Assembly (NCBI RefSeq): GCF_009914755.1
Contig: NC_060925.1
Direction: 5' to 3' (one strand)
Source: the human T2T-CHM13v2.0 reference genome, Homo sapiens
DNA: 64,000 bases
Shown here: positions 16,648 to 31,359 of the stretch, one piece after another
Position numbering within the stretch: the first letter of the stretch is position 1
Layout of the letters: each line of letters begins with the position of its first letter
Program-made: the position numbers and the translations under genes
Notes under the pieces: model-generated
The model's database searches: none
The model's input: the letters and a program-made list of their open reading frames with translations, nothing else
Told to the model about the DNA's origin: nothing

Positions 16648-16790
16648 TTTTTTTTTTTTTTTTTTTTTTTTAGGAGTTTCGCTCTTGTTGCCCAAACTGG
16701 AGTGGAATGGGGCAATCTTGGCTCTCTACAACCTCCACCTCCCTGGTTCAAGCAATTCTCCTGCCTCAGCCTTCTGAGCAGCTGGGATCA
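16648..16790 (-). mobile_element. Alu right arm only
   Basis: Poly-T through GCTGGGAT, then L1 resumes. Confidence 0.88.
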
Positions 16791-19700
16791 TTGTTCTCAT
16801 GATGCTTTCAAAATTATCTTTTAGTTTTGGGCATTTAATAATTTGACTATAATGGCTCTAGGTTTAGATCTTTTAAATTTATTCTACTTGGAGTTCATTG
16901 AGCTTCTTGGATGTGAAGAATAATATTTTTAATTAAATATCAAATTTTCTTGGGCATTATTTTCTTATGCATTCTTCCTGCCCTATTTTCTCTCTTCTTC
17001 CAGGACTCCCATTATACATATGTTGGTATGCTTGATGGTATCCCACAGACCACCATTTATAATAGCTTATTTAAGGTCTTGACTAGTAAGTTCGATATCT
17101 GGGTTTTCTCAAGGACAGTTTTTTTAACCAGTTTGTTTCTCTTGTGGGAGCCATACTTTCCTTCTTGTAAGCATGTTTCTTTTCTTTTGTTTTTTTTAAA
17201 CTGGACAATTTGAATGATACATTGTGGCAATCCTGAAAATCAGGTTTTCCCTCTCCTCAGAGCTTGTTGTTGTTGCTGTTTGTATATTTAGTGACTTTTC
17301 TTGATTAATTTTGCAGTCTGAACTCTTTGCATGTGCAGCCACTGAAATTTCTGCTATGGTAACTTAGTGGTCAGCTAATGACTGGACAGATTTTCTTAAA
17401 TATTTTGAACCAAAAATTCTCCACTCTTTGCTGAGGGGTTCTCTGTGTGTTTTGGGGTGCACCTCCAATGCATTGGCCAGAAATTTACAACTGTTTTTTA
17501 GTCTTCACTTTCTGCTTGCACAGAGCCTAAAGGTCAGAGGTGAGAGCATAGGTCCTTTTCAGGTCTTTTCTGGACAGACTCATGGACTTGTACATGTTTA
17601 TGGCCTTCTAGATTACCAAGAATATGTAGGACCTTTTCAAAGTCCTCTATGGCTGTATAAATATCCAGCTTTTTCTTTTAAGTTTTTTGGCCAACTTCTT
17701 GCTTGCCCCAACTGGTATTGCTGCCCTAGGCCACTGCAGTTTTAAACCATTGCCACTGATTGTTTTTGACAAACATCTTGGGGATAAGACTTTTTACTAA
17801 GTGAGATCTGAATCAGGTTAAATAGAGACAAGCCCTGAGGGGAGACAGGTAAAATAGTAATAATTTTCTGGGGATAGTATTTTAGGGGAGCTCCGAACCT
17901 TCTTCCACCTCTCATGGCTGTTAAGTGACTGTTTTTTTTTTTTTTCCCAAGCTATCATGTTTTTGAGGCTGCTGTAGAGCTGGGCAGAAGGGGATGAGAA
18001 TAGACCAAGTTAAAACTTCATAAAGCTCATTGTTTTTACCTAGTTTCAGCTGTTTTTCTTTAATAAATTCTCCTCAGTTTGTTGCAAGCCTTTAGTTAAC
18101 ATTCAGAGTTCTAAATAAGTTTATTTTGATAATTTCTTCAGTGTTTTTTTTTTGTTTTGTTTTGTGGAGGAATAGATTTTCAGAGGTGCTTACTCCAGCA
18201 TCCTGGAGGCGCTTCTCCTTTTGGTGACATTTAAATGCAATCTCATGTGGAAGGAGGTAAAAATGCATGTAAATATGATATCTTGAAATGACTAATTTTT
18301 AAAAACTGTATTTTCATATTTCTTTTATTCCTGTGAGATACTAGCTACAACACATCTCACACAGGCAAATTATTTTATAGTTATGGTTCAAGGTTTGCAA
18401 ACATGGAGTGTTAGCTTAAAAAAGAACGCATCTCATGATGTATTTTGAAAAAAAACAAAAGTTAGTGGATGGTCATACACCCATATGCCCTTTTATCAAA
18501 GGATGCCATTTAGAAGACACAAATATTTTTCTCTCTTGACAATTTTTTTTTGATCACACACAGGAATTATCATTATAGGGTTTTATTTTTATTGGTGGAC
18601 AAAACCAAGCATCAAATTTTATGGTTCAGATTAAATAATTATAACCAATGGTTATCTGAGAACCGTGATTCTTTTAACCTTTGTTTATCCTACTTGATTT
18701 AGGTGAATGAACCAAAAAGGATTTAATAAGTGATGAAGTTGGACCCAGCACTTTACTGTACCCTTGTAGGAATACAAGAGATGAGGCCCAGAGGCCCCAG
18801 TCTTTGCTGTCTTTTAAAAATCTCCTAACATATTCTGTCTTTTCTTATTCCCCATGATCTTCAGAATATTCTCTACAGAAAAAAGCAGTTTAACTTATGA
18901 AGAAAAACTCTACCTAGTATTTACAAATCAGCCCTTGACTGAAAGCATAATAAAAATATCAATTTTCAGTTGGCAGACCAAATAAAAGTTCTATTTTTGA
19001 CATTTTTCCTTATGTTTTTCAAATGTGCAACTAAAATTGTTATGATAGTTTCACATTTCCATAATCCATTTCTTTCTTTTTTTATATTGGATCTGTTTAG
19101 GTCCCCAAACCCAGAATACCAATTTTATTTTCATCTGATTCCTCTTTTTTTCAAGAAAACTGCAAATTAAGTCCTTTTATTTTATTCCAAAAACCAGCTT
19201 CCTTTCTTTCCTCCATCCCTGGTTTCTCAAATAATTGCTCCTTTGTGAAGAACCGAACAATAGCAAACCACTGGTAATCTGTTACTGGTTTAAGTCCTAT
19301 ATTTAACCAGCAAATTGTTTAATCAGAAACATAATCTGACCTATTGGGTAACCAAGTTTTGTTTAATATATCTGAGAATAATGCGTTCTTGTTTAGCTTT
19401 CCATACACAATGGAGGACTTTTAGTATAAAATCGGATGCACCAAAATTATATCATTTGATAACATATGAAAGTGGAAAATTAGAAGTTTAACCAAAATTT
19501 GACTTTTATTTTTATCATTCCACAGAGAAATGGTTCCCTTTTCTACTTCTCCCAATTTTTTTTTGAAGCTCAGAATTCTTCATTATTGCCAAATGTACAT
19601 TTTGGATATGCTCATGATTATATAATATTGTGTTTCAGAATTGAATACTTTGTGGGTTCTTTCTAGAGACACTGTCTTTTAAACTAATTCCAAAGTAGAA

Positions 19701-20264
19701 ATAAAAATGCTGAAAATTTGGGATTTTGAGATAGGAGCCCAGTTCAATGCAGTTGCTCCTGGGCAGTCTTCATCCCTTACCTTGGATGGGTCTCCCTTTT
19801 ATTCTATTAACCCTTTGATAAATCACTTCAGATTTTGAGCAACTTGTTGGGTTCTCTTTACAACATTTTCTATGAAATGGTTGCTCTGCACTGGATTGAG
19901 AAATAAGGTACCTGGGTTTTCATCCAACCTAGTTATTAACTAGAGTAACTTGAGGCCAGTCATTTATTTTTGAGCCTGTTTCTTTCTCTATAGAATGGAG
20001 CAGAGAGTGTGTATGTGTTGGAAGGGGGAAGGTGTTGGGCTCAATGAGCTTCAAGACTTCTTTAGGCTCTTATTTTCTATTTTTCTGTGGCTCAAAGCAG
20101 AAATATTTCTGGCTATTCAATAGAAGCCTTAATTTATCTAGTGCTTTTGACTTTTCCTGATAGTCATCATCTTTCTATATATTTCCACATGTATATTTAC
20201 GTTTAATATATATGTATACACACATATATGTGTATGTATACATATTCTGTCTTCTATATTCTAG

Positions 20265-20495
20265 CTAGTTAACATTTATTGAGTGGTTAGTATGAGGCAG
20301 ATACTATGGTAACAGCTCTATGTTTATAAACTTACGTAATCCTCACAATAATCACCCAGGATATGTATCAGGGAAAAGAGGCACAGAGAGGTTAAATAAC
20401 TTGCTCAAGATCACCCTGATAGCAAGTAGCTGAACTACGATTAAAACTCAAGTAGCCAGTACCAGAATCGTGTTCTTAATCATTGCACTATACCT
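20265..20495 (-). mobile_element. MIR
   Basis: AACATTTATTGAG...AATCCTCACAATAA...GAGGCACAGAGAGGTTAAATAACTTGCTCAAGATCAC. Confidence 0.8.
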
Positions 20496-21951
20496 TATAA
20501 TTCTGTGTAAGAATCCTATGTTCCATCTTAATGTAGCTCCAAGCTGCTTTTTATTCTTTGCCTTTCACTGTAAAATTGTATAAACTATTATTTCTCACTC
20601 ACTGTTTCTCCATTCCTTCACACGCTAATTTCTCAACACCTTACAAACTGGCTGCTCTTTCTCATTATCAAGGATCGTAGCACCTAATTCAGCATCTCTC
20701 TCTTCCACATCCTTTTGTTATAGTCTCTGACTACAAGTAGATACTTGATTCTCCTTTTTGCTCTACTTATCAACACTAAATGCCTTCGTCTCTTCTTTAC
20801 TTCAGTTGTACACAGGTACCAGTGTTTGGGACCTTGTCACCATTTGTTTTGTTTCTACAACATGGTCTGCACTTTCTGGCCTTGACATCTTTGCTGACTT
20901 GGTTCTCTTTACCTGGAATTCCAAGTTGTATTTGTTCTTCAAGACCTGGCAAAATGTGATTTTCTCTATGAATGGATGGATCTCACTTTGTGATCCATCC
21001 AACAAGAAGTCCTCTTTTCTTCCTCTAAAATCCCATAACACTTGATCTAAATCTCACTGATGGCATCAAATTTTTTGTTTTTTTATTTTTTACCATGTAT
21101 TATAGTTATTCTAGCATGGGTTGAAACTACTACTATGGGCTGTAGATTCTGGGGATACAAAGTGAAGACATAATTCCAACTTTCAAGAAGTTTTGAGGCT
21201 GGTGGAAGAGATATTTATTTAAATATTCAACAGGGAGAGGAGGAAGAAGGGGTGAAAGGGCCATGCCAGCTAGGGGTCCTGCAACTGACAGTGTACTGCA
21301 AATGTGACTCTTCAGGGGCTTTGCTGGAGAGACTGATGGGTTCTGGGGAGTTATCATCCTCTGCAACTGCACAGAGGATCTTTATTTTCTTTCTCTGGGA
21401 AATTTCTGGCAGAGGCACTTGAGGCCTGCTGTAATCATTTAGGAGTGTAACTGTTAGTAGTTTCTGGGTGACAGCAGATAATGATTGAGAGGGTATCAAG
21501 ATACTCTGATGAAAGTAGATCTGGGTAGGGTTGAAGAAAATTGTAGATGGGAGTCTGGAGTAAGCAGAAGACCATTAAAGTTAGGTTAGTTAGTTAGGTT
21601 AGCTAAGCATACATTTAAGAAAAATAATTCTAATTATAATGGTAATAAGGCTAATATTAATGGAAGATTTACTATCTTCAGCACTATCCTAAACTCTCCA
21701 AGTATATTAACTCATTTATACCTTTCAACATTTCCACAGGTTAAATACTATTAATATCCCTATTTTACAGATGAGAAAACTGAAATACAGAAAATTTAGG
21801 TCATGGATGGAAGGGCTTCCTTTTTAGTTACGTTGTATGGGATTCTAGAAAGAAAACTTATTTTGTTGGTTGTGAGAATGTGGAGAAATCTTGCCCAGAA
21901 TCTCATGGTCAATAAGTAGCAGAACATGGATTAAAGTCCTGTAATTCTGAC

Positions 21952-22253
<302 letters not shown>

Positions 22254-23356
22254 CTGTAATTCTGACTTCTTATCCTACTGTCATACTGTTCACTTCCCTA
22301 ATTCGTGAGTTCTTGCTGATGGTGAAGTAAGGAGATTTCCCAGTGTAACACAGCCACCAGCTTTTATTCCTCCCTGGTCAGGATGCATTGGCAGGTAGAA
22401 CAGCTGGGTGGAGTTTTGGGAGGCAGAGAAGGGAAAGACAAGCAGGATCCAGAGACACAGGATACCCTGAGCCCTCTCAGGAAAGTATTAGGACCAGACT
22501 GGCCCTTAGTTTGGGTTCTTCCATCCCTGGGAGTCTCAGTTACTGGCATAAGGTTGGCCCTCCCTGATCACTGCTGGAATTTTAGGCCACACGAGCACCA
22601 TGTTTCTCCTCCAGCCATCATGTCTCACCCTCCAGTGGCAGAGGTAGATCAGGGTGAATGATGTCTGGAACTCTCCATTCCTCAATGTAAAAATCATATT
22701 CTCTCTACCCATGGAGGAATAACTTTTTTGGAGGACAAGGATCAAAGCTCATTGCTACCCTACCCTTAGTCTGGGCTGGGAATTTTTTGAAGGATGGATG
22801 CCGTGTTGCCTGTCAAGACCCAAAGTCCCTATCCCCTCTACATCCTGATGTCCCACTGTTTCCATCCTGCCACTTACATGCCTCCACTTCATCCTTTAGC
22901 AATTTATCTTTCTCTACTGTGAGATTTAGACATCTCCTGCTGCATTAGCTACAGTTCCTTCAGCTTATTGGAGTAAGAACTGCTGAAAGAGCTGGGCACC
23001 CATGGTCCACTGCATTTCCCCACTTGGTTCTTTTTATTCTTCCTCCCACAATGGCCCTGAGAACTCAACGAGCTTTTGTGTTCATATTTCCCCAGTCGAC
23101 TCCTAAAGGTGACTTCCAGGGCAGGCAAGGGATATTCTCTCTAGTCTCCTTCTGTCTTCTTTGTTTAGGACGCTGACATTTCCAGCCTTCTCAGGTAGGT
23201 TTTATCTCAGGTATTCATTCATTCATTCCACATTTAACAAATATTTTATAAATCCCTACTATATGCTAAGAACAGTTGTAGACACTTGGAGATATGCTAG
23301 TAAACAATATAATAGTGCTTACCTTCTAGGGGGTATAAATAAATAAACTATATAGT

Positions 23357-23659
<303 letters not shown>

Positions 23660-24129
23660 TAATAAGCTCTAACATGAAACAAAAGATGAGAAAGGGGGAT
23701 AGAAAATGGTAATGGAGATAAAATACTAGAAAGGGACACCAGATTTCACTGGTAAGGTCCTTTAGGAAGGAAGGGAACAATGTAGGTGGCTACATGGGGA
23801 AGAGTAGCCCATGTAGAGGGGGCAGCAAGTGCCAAGGCCCTGGGGTTGGTTGTCCGATCTGAGGAGGTGTATTGGCATAATCTGATTAGTAGGAGCAGGT
23901 TGGAGCTGCCTGAATAGGGCTATAGTTTAGAAATACCCTGTAGAGAGGAAGTGGTGCCTGGTATACTGTACCAGGTACGGCAACTGAAAGAAGATTTAGT
24001 TGGCATTGCAAAGCCTGGAATCTAAGGAGAGAGGACACATATAGGTGGCAATCTGTGCCAGAGGTCAGTAATGGGTGGAGAGAATGTATTTAATGAGTGG
24101 ATAGCAAGAGTGGTGGGAATTTGCCTATT

Positions 24130-24705
24130 GTCGGCTCTAAATATTCTATGCTGTGCTCTGTGATGTCAGATCTGAGGCTCTGCAAACTGCAGTCAGAGAT
24201 TCCTTTACCAATAGGCTTCCTCTTAGGTTCTGTCAAGAGGAGGCAGAAGATGAAGACTGAAAGTCAGGAGGAGGAGAGAAGAGAGTAATTTTCTATTTCT
24301 TGATATCAATGTCATTGCTCCAGAAGTGGCACTTTGCCCCAGCAGTGGCATTTCATATCACTGTGGCAGTTTATTATGGCTTCCAGCTTCTTTCCGCATT
24401 CCCAGAACCAGCCTCAACTTCCTTCCTCAATGGTACCAGCACCGTTCAATGTTATGAACCATCTCAAAGGTCAGAGCCCTAGCTTCACGGTGCCCACTTC
24501 TTCTAGTGCCTAAGTTCTGATAGCCCCAACCCTCACCTTTTCATCCCCCAGCCTTGGGATGGTAATTGCTTTCTGCTTTATGCAGTTATTAAATTTCCGC
24601 TCAGTCAGTTCTCCAACACCTGTGTGATCAATCAATTCCTTATTAAATCCATGCTCTTGAAATACCTAATATGGTGTCTACTTTCCTGACCGGATCTTGA
24701 CTCTG
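24130..24705 (+). mobile_element. LTR33-like (ERVL) solo LTR
   Basis: CTGTGCTCTGTGATG...GCTCTGCAAAC...TTAGGTTCTG...GGAGGAGGAG...ATTAAATCC...GAAATACCTA...TTTCCTGAC. Confidence 0.6.
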
Positions 24706-26514
24706 TCTACTTGTTGACCAAGTACTTGCCTGGATTTCTGAGTAATACCTCCCTGTGGATTCCGTGCTCTGGGCTCTACTCCTACATCAAAGAGTTACTG
24801 GGAATGCCAACATGCGTCTCTGAGTGGTTTCCTTGTCTGTCATAATTGGAATAACAATACCCATCTTCTATTCTGGTAGCAGTGTTAGTTAATTTACTAG
24901 AAAAGGCACCTGTACAGAGACCTGAAAAGGGCATGACTTCAAATCACAGAAGCCTGTTTGATGCAGTTTAAGCAGCAAATGGGAACACAGTATATGGACA
25001 CTAGTGTCATATGGAATCCAAGAGCAGGAAGAGCATCTCGACCTTGGGAAGAGCTTGCAACTGAGAACTCGAAAACTGCCAGGAGTCTAACTTGCCTTTG
25101 CTTTTTTCTGCACATTGACTTCATTCTTTTTTCCCTGCTGGCCAGGTCTATAGGGGAGGGAGCAGTACCAAGGTCACTGTAGACTGAGAAGACCTACAAA
25201 CACCTACTCTCCTGGGCCTCAGTAATGCCAATGAAACTTGGAATTGGGGTCCAGATGAGATGTAGGTCTTTAATCCCAAATAGACTAGCTGCTACTGAAC
25301 AGATCCCCCTATCTCAGGCTTAGATTGATTCTAAGGAGGTGGGGAGGGATGAGACTGAGTCTGCAGATGAGGATCCAGGGGTCTCGGTTGCAGGAAGTGA
25401 GAGAGATGCAGACTCAGGACCCATCTCTCCATTCACTTCTGCCAGTTCTCTCAAGTGTATTCCAGATTTCTCGTGAAAAAGAAAAAAATTCTACCTCCAA
25501 TCTTCATTCTGTTGAAGAAACTGGGGCTCCCCATGGGCTAAGCAAAGAATGAAAGATTTCAGGGCTTGATCTGTGTTCTCAGAGATTACTGACATCCCAT
25601 AGGGTGATCTTGTCTAGATTCCATCCCCCTCAAACCACTCCCCTGACCCCTGATTGGTTTTGGGGTGCTTTGCCTATTTATTTTTTCTATTTGTTTTATT
25701 CACCTCAAATCTCTTAAATGTTTAAAATGAAAACAGTTTATGCACCTGTGTTCTTCTCTGGGACATGGAGGACCTTAAAGAACACAGATTCCATCCATAA
25801 GATAAACATCTGAGCCTTCCCAGAAACAGACAAGGATTACAGAGAATCAGAATCTGGTCTTTATCTCGAAAGGCAATTTGAGTGCTGCTGGACATTGCAA
25901 ACTGGAATTGTACATGGAAAAATAACATTGGTGCTATAAATTCCTTTCTGCTTTGAAATATGTTGTGTGTTAGAAACAGAGAGGTAATGTTTATGGTGTA
26001 ACTCAGAATACTGGGATAGAGTTATGCATTAAGAGTGGGACGATAGGACATTATGCAAACAGAGTCCCTAAAGAGAGATGTTTTAGTGGGTAAAATAATT
26101 TTTAAGAATTATTTAGATACTCCCTACCAATAAGTACTCACAGATATTAACCTCCCAGACTTCCACTGTCCTCCAGAGATCGATGGGAAAAGAGGAATGA
26201 ATCACTAAAAATAAAGCTCAATAACTAAAAGAGCTTTATCCTCCAAACTTCTTGGATCAGTACAGTCAGTGGGGACTATGTTGATTCTCTCATGGATGCT
26301 GGAAAGACTCCAGCCTGGAAGCAAGGCAGCTGAGAGTCTTTAAGTTTCATAAGAAGGGTTATTATTAAGTATAAGATGATTCCTGAAAACTGGGCCTGAG
26401 CATGGAAAAGTAACACTGCTTCTCCAAGTTCACTCTGCTTGGACACAGGGGTGCAAGAGGTGCTGGGAGATGGTTCAGCTAGCCGAGGGTTGTTTCCACA
26501 GAGTACAGACAAGG

Positions 26515-26692
26515 ATAGGGTTCAAATGGCAGTGGGGAGATTCAGGATACATAAAGCAGAACTTTTGACACTGAGTGTTGATAAACACTGAGGACTGTGG
26601 AGAGATCCTGTTTTCTGGAGATGCTTAAAAGAAGGTTGCTATCTTATCTGACAGGGATGGTTTAGGGTGCCGGACTGTAGCCTGGAGAAGGG
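26515..26692 (+). mobile_element. L3/CR1 LINE fragment
   Basis: GGAGATTCAGG...AGAACTTT...TAAACACTG...CTGGAGATGCTTAAAAG...CAGGGATGGTTTAGG resembles the CR1 3' region. Confidence 0.55.
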
Positions 26693-26989
26693 TTTATATC
26701 CTTGATCATTATATAAAATAAGTCATTTAAAAAACTTTTTGTAGCCTCACTCTCTTCAAGGAAGCTAAAGCTGAGTTACAATTCTGAGATTTCTGTGTCT
26801 ATTTCTTCACCTCTCATCTTAGAATTTCTGCCGAGGCAAGTAATTGCTATTCTTTCTCTACAATGAAAAAGAAAATGAAAGAACAGCAAAGCAGGCAGGG
26901 AGACCAGATAACCTCGTGCTCCAGAATTGAGTGTAAATTAAGAGTCTAGAGGCTCTGAGGTTTGTTATTGATGCCAAATGGGCAGGAGG

Positions 26990-27200
26990 AGCACTGAGAA
27001 TCACAAGAACTGGATTCAAACTCAGATTCTGTTACTTAACAGCAAAAAACCTCAACTAAGTTACCAAGTCCCTGAGCTTCATTTTCCTTCCCTTGAAGTG
27101 AGGATATTAATATCTGCACTGAGTACATATTGGGGCTGTCTGAGGATCAGATGAAGTCATGTCTGTGAAAGCACTCCTTGAACTGTGAAATATTGTATGT
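26990..27200 (+). mobile_element. MIR
   Basis: CTGGATTCAAACTCAG...CCCTGAGCTTCATTTTCC...GAGGAT...TGTGAAAGCAC. Confidence 0.7.
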
Positions 27201-27574
27201 GGCATTGTTAGAAACAGACAAATAAGAATCATATTTTGGCCATTAACCTTAACTTTCTCTTAACTTTTCCGTTCATCCGTGGGAGAGTCACCAGATGGAC
27301 TGATTTGAATTTTCCTTTTTTGATTTCTCATCTCTCTCTCTGGTGGACGTGCTAAGGGGTAGGAACATAATCATTGATGGGCTTCAGGAGGGCAAAGGAT
27401 GGGGAAAAAAAGGACATCGATGATTTTCCATATGGATAACAAGACTTCAAACTCTGAAAAACTAAGAATTAACTATTTCCTAACTGCTCTGAAATTTTTC
27501 CTGTACACTACAGAAACACACAGCATATTATTGTCACACAGACACACATTTTGTTGTCACACATACACACACGT

Positions 27575-27735
27575 GTTCTAGCTCTGGCAGGTATGATCTT
27601 GGGCAAATTAACTTCTCTGTGCATTGGTTTTCTCATATGGCCATTGGGAAAATAATAGTACCCATCCCATAAAATTCTTGTGAGTGTTAAATGAAATAAT
27701 AAATGTGGAATTCTTATAACAGTGTCTGGTATACA
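27575..27735 (+). mobile_element. MIR
   Basis: TGATCTTGGGCAAATTAACTTCTCTGTGC...AATAATAGTACC. Confidence 0.75.
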
Positions 27736-28367
27736 GTGTCAGAAGTTTTATATGTCAAAAGTTCTGCTTTATATATCCTGAATCTCCCCTCCTGCTAATT
27801 GTACTCAATAAATTATTCTTTCTGGATCTTATTTGATCTTCACAACCCTGTGAATTTTCAGTTCATATTGTCCCCCATTTTACAATTAGAAACGTGAATG
27901 ACTTGTTCAAGGTGACTCTGCCCCCTAGGGGTTTGTAATTGGATCACTTTCCATGAAAGTGTCCAACAGGAGAACAGCACCTAGTAGTGTGCAGGGTTAG
28001 GACCCAGAAGATAAAGTGAACACTCTCTTAGAGTTAAAATTATCTTTGAAAGACCTTTAAATCACTTACAGTATACATACTTCTGTGGATATGACTTCAT
28101 AGGATAATTCTTAAGGACACTAAAATTCGAGAATCGTGGGGTAAATTCAGGAAGACACTAAAAGCAAGTCTATATGCAGCTGTCTGAACATTCAGACTAT
28201 TTTGCTTTTTAGAAAACTAAGGTGTTTCTATTGTCTACAAGAGTTCCTCCACACTGATTTTTAAAGACTATTAAGCCTTTATGCCTTAATATATGTCAAT
28301 GGATTTGTCTATTATGGATAGAACAACCAGGAACAGGGAGTCTTAAGAATTAGGTTCTAAAATTGGA

Positions 28368-28716
<349 letters not shown>

Positions 28717-29202
28717 TTAAGTTAAATGTGTGCAGAATATAACTCCAAAGTACACAATATTCTCTGCTTTTGTGTTAGTAAGGCATAATTTCTTTAAAAT
28801 CCAGGGATTGCCATGCTTGTCTAATTATTGGTGTAACAGACAATTTTGGGGTGTCTTCTAATGTATGACATCCCTTTTCTGAGAATTGATTCATGTATGC
28901 GTATGAGCTCTTGGAGCCATATTCATATTATATGATCCATTGCCCTCTACAGTTTAGAGATAGAGGATGCACATAAGAAACACATTTGACCAGTAAAATT
29001 CTCCATCCCAGCATTCTAGAACTGGACTCCCATAATATCTGTCATTCTCTCATGATCGTTTGAAGCAAGGAGAGATAAATTTGAGAACTAAGGCACTGTT
29101 ACAGGCGCCTGCTATAACCAGCTATAATATTATGCGAAAATAAGCAGAAAAGGCTGGTTTACTGAAAGAGAATGGGCTAAAGCAAAATGAGCAGCGGTAA
29201 GC

Positions 29203-29336
29203 AGAGGAGAGAGACAAGAAATGAATGAGAGAGAGAAGAAATAAGAGAATGAGAGGAGAAGAAAAGAGGAGAGGAAAGAAGAGAAGAGAGGAGGAAAGGA
29301 GAAGAGAAGACAGGACAGGACAGGAGAGAAGAAAAA
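29203..29336 (+). repeat. GA-rich purine tract
   Basis: About 130 nt of almost exclusively A and G. Confidence 0.85.
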
Positions 29337-29609
29337 CCTGTTGACTAAGTTACTGGTGGTGGCTAATTTGTGGCTTAAATTCCTTGTGAAGTTAAATGTA
29401 CCACATGGGTTTGGTTTGTGTGAATATCCATGTATCCTTTTAAGGTATGTGTGTGTTTCTCAAACTAAGTTAAGTTAATTCATTTTACTTTCATCCTTCA
29501 TTTTATGTCCTGAGGCATCACAAAAGCATCCAGCTCATAGCTATTTAGAGACAGAAATATTATAGTTATTTCAATGCTCAACTTTTGTATTTACTTGAAC
29601 CTTGGTTTG

Positions 29610-29792
29610 TAGACTAGAAAAGGTCTTGAAAAGTCATCTTGCACATCTTACTTCTAATTAACACTGCATCTTGACCATTCCGGATAGATCTGTCCTATTT
29701 TTGTAAAATCCCAGTAATGGAATTCTATATTGTTTTTCAGTCATTTGTTTTCAGTGTAAAACAGTCCTCATAACAAAAATACATTACTTCCT
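29610..29792 (-). mobile_element. L3/CR1 LINE fragment (3' part)
   Basis: CTAGAAAAGGTCTTGAAAAGTCATCT...ACCATTCCGGATAGAT...AAAATCCCAG...TTTCAGTGT resembles the antisense CR1 3' end. Confidence 0.55.
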
Positions 29793-30954
29793 ATGGAACA
29801 GAAATAATTCTGAATGCAGTGACTCACATTTCCCAAGCCAGACCAACCAGGGGGTAAAATCTGTTCACAGAAGAGTAATAAAATGGTATTTCTCCACATC
29901 TGTTCCTGCAATATTAGGAATTCCAGTCTTACTCAAAACTCTACCAAATAGCTCTGAGAGTTCCCAGGACATTTCTTCTGTGTGTTCCATGGGTTAGTCC
30001 CGTCAGCTTTGAAGTTAGCATTTGCCATTTTCTTACTTTCCAGCTCTGGCTTCCTACAGCAGTGGCTGGTGTCAAGGCTGAACACTGGTTGTCACTCAAT
30101 CAGAGTTGTCTCTGAAAACTGAGGCTTCAATCTAATGAATCCTCCTCATGCTTTAAATATCCCTGAAGTATTTTAGTAAAATATCACTTTCAGCTTTTCC
30201 TTGCTCTTTTCTTTGTAGAACCTTCTTCCTAGAGTTCAAGATTAGACCCCAGCTTTGGCTGAGAATAGCCTGAGTGATGGAGATGGTGTTTTGAGTGATT
30301 GATAGACATGCTATTTTCCTTTGAGCTACTCCTTACTGTTGACGTAGCTCAGTTTTTCTTGGGACTTTTATCCCTTGGTCCTTTCTGTGTTCAGTGAGTT
30401 CTTCCCCAGAAGTGTCCTGGTCTATATACAAATAGACTCTTGACTGCCTAGTCCGCCTCAGACAAACCCAGGTGTGTCTGGGTTTTGCAGTCTACATCAC
30501 TGGCTCAGTCCTGGCTCAATTAAGACTACAACTTGAGTTCTAATTATACATACACAGAGAAAAAACAATCTCACCTATGGAGTAGAACCACCTTAAAATG
30601 AAAAAGGAAAACACATACCTATATGTACAGGCCCTGTCCTTTATCAGGCTCAGTCTGGTTTTATGAAGTTGTTACTGTTTTCCACATTTGACCTATAGTA
30701 TCACCAAATCTGTGAAATCACAGATTGTATTTTTGGTACATTCTTTATAGTAATGCCAAAGAGGTGAACTACTACAGGCATGGACATTTGAGGAGGATTT
30801 CTAGTTGTCTCTGGCAAGCACCCAGTAAAGTGCCTGATAAGAGCCCAACACATATTTATTGAGTTGAGCTGCATGTCTGGCCTGAGTCACCCTCAGGCCT
30901 GACTTCAGATGCTGTAAGTTATTTGAAGAGTCTTCTTAATAAGTTGATCTCTGC

Positions 30955-31150
30955 AGTGTCTTTTCTCTTCATAAACTAACCCTAGTTCTAGTTTTTTCTC
31001 TAAGGTCTTGCTTGCTGCCTTTAATCATTTCCATGGCTGCCCTCTGAACCATTCCCATGTTCTCCGTGTCCTTTTCTGTAACAGCTGTGAGGCACAGATG
31101 TTAACGGCTGCTTTCTGACCCTCAGACTGGTGCTGAGCTTATGAGACTTT
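30955..31150 (-). mobile_element. L3/CR1 LINE fragment
   Basis: CTTTAATCATTTCCATGGCTGCCCTCTGAACCATTCCCATGTTCTCCGTGTCCTTTT resembles the antisense CR1 RT region. Confidence 0.55.
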
Positions 31151-31201
31151 TAGGGACTTAACACTGACTCAACACTAGCTCTCAGTTTCATGGCCACCCT
31201 C

Positions 31202-31203
<2 letters not shown>

Positions 31204-31239
<36 letters not shown>
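31204..31239 (+). repeat. (TG)18 microsatellite
   Basis: Perfect TG dinucleotide repeat followed by CGC. Confidence 0.97.
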
Positions 31240-31242
<3 letters not shown>

Positions 31243-31359
31243 TTTTCCATTCCCCTTATGAAACATCTCCTGCCCCTAACTTACTATGGGAACGTTCCTC
31301 CATGATCTCTTTCCATCCTCCCTTTCCTGTTTGCTCACTTCTTTTCTTGCTCATCTTGG

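Noticed and set aside
23808-23827. CTCF-like AGGGGGCAGCA (also half-matches near 43210 and 60752)
   Set aside because: Poor match to the core, and two of the three lie inside repeats.
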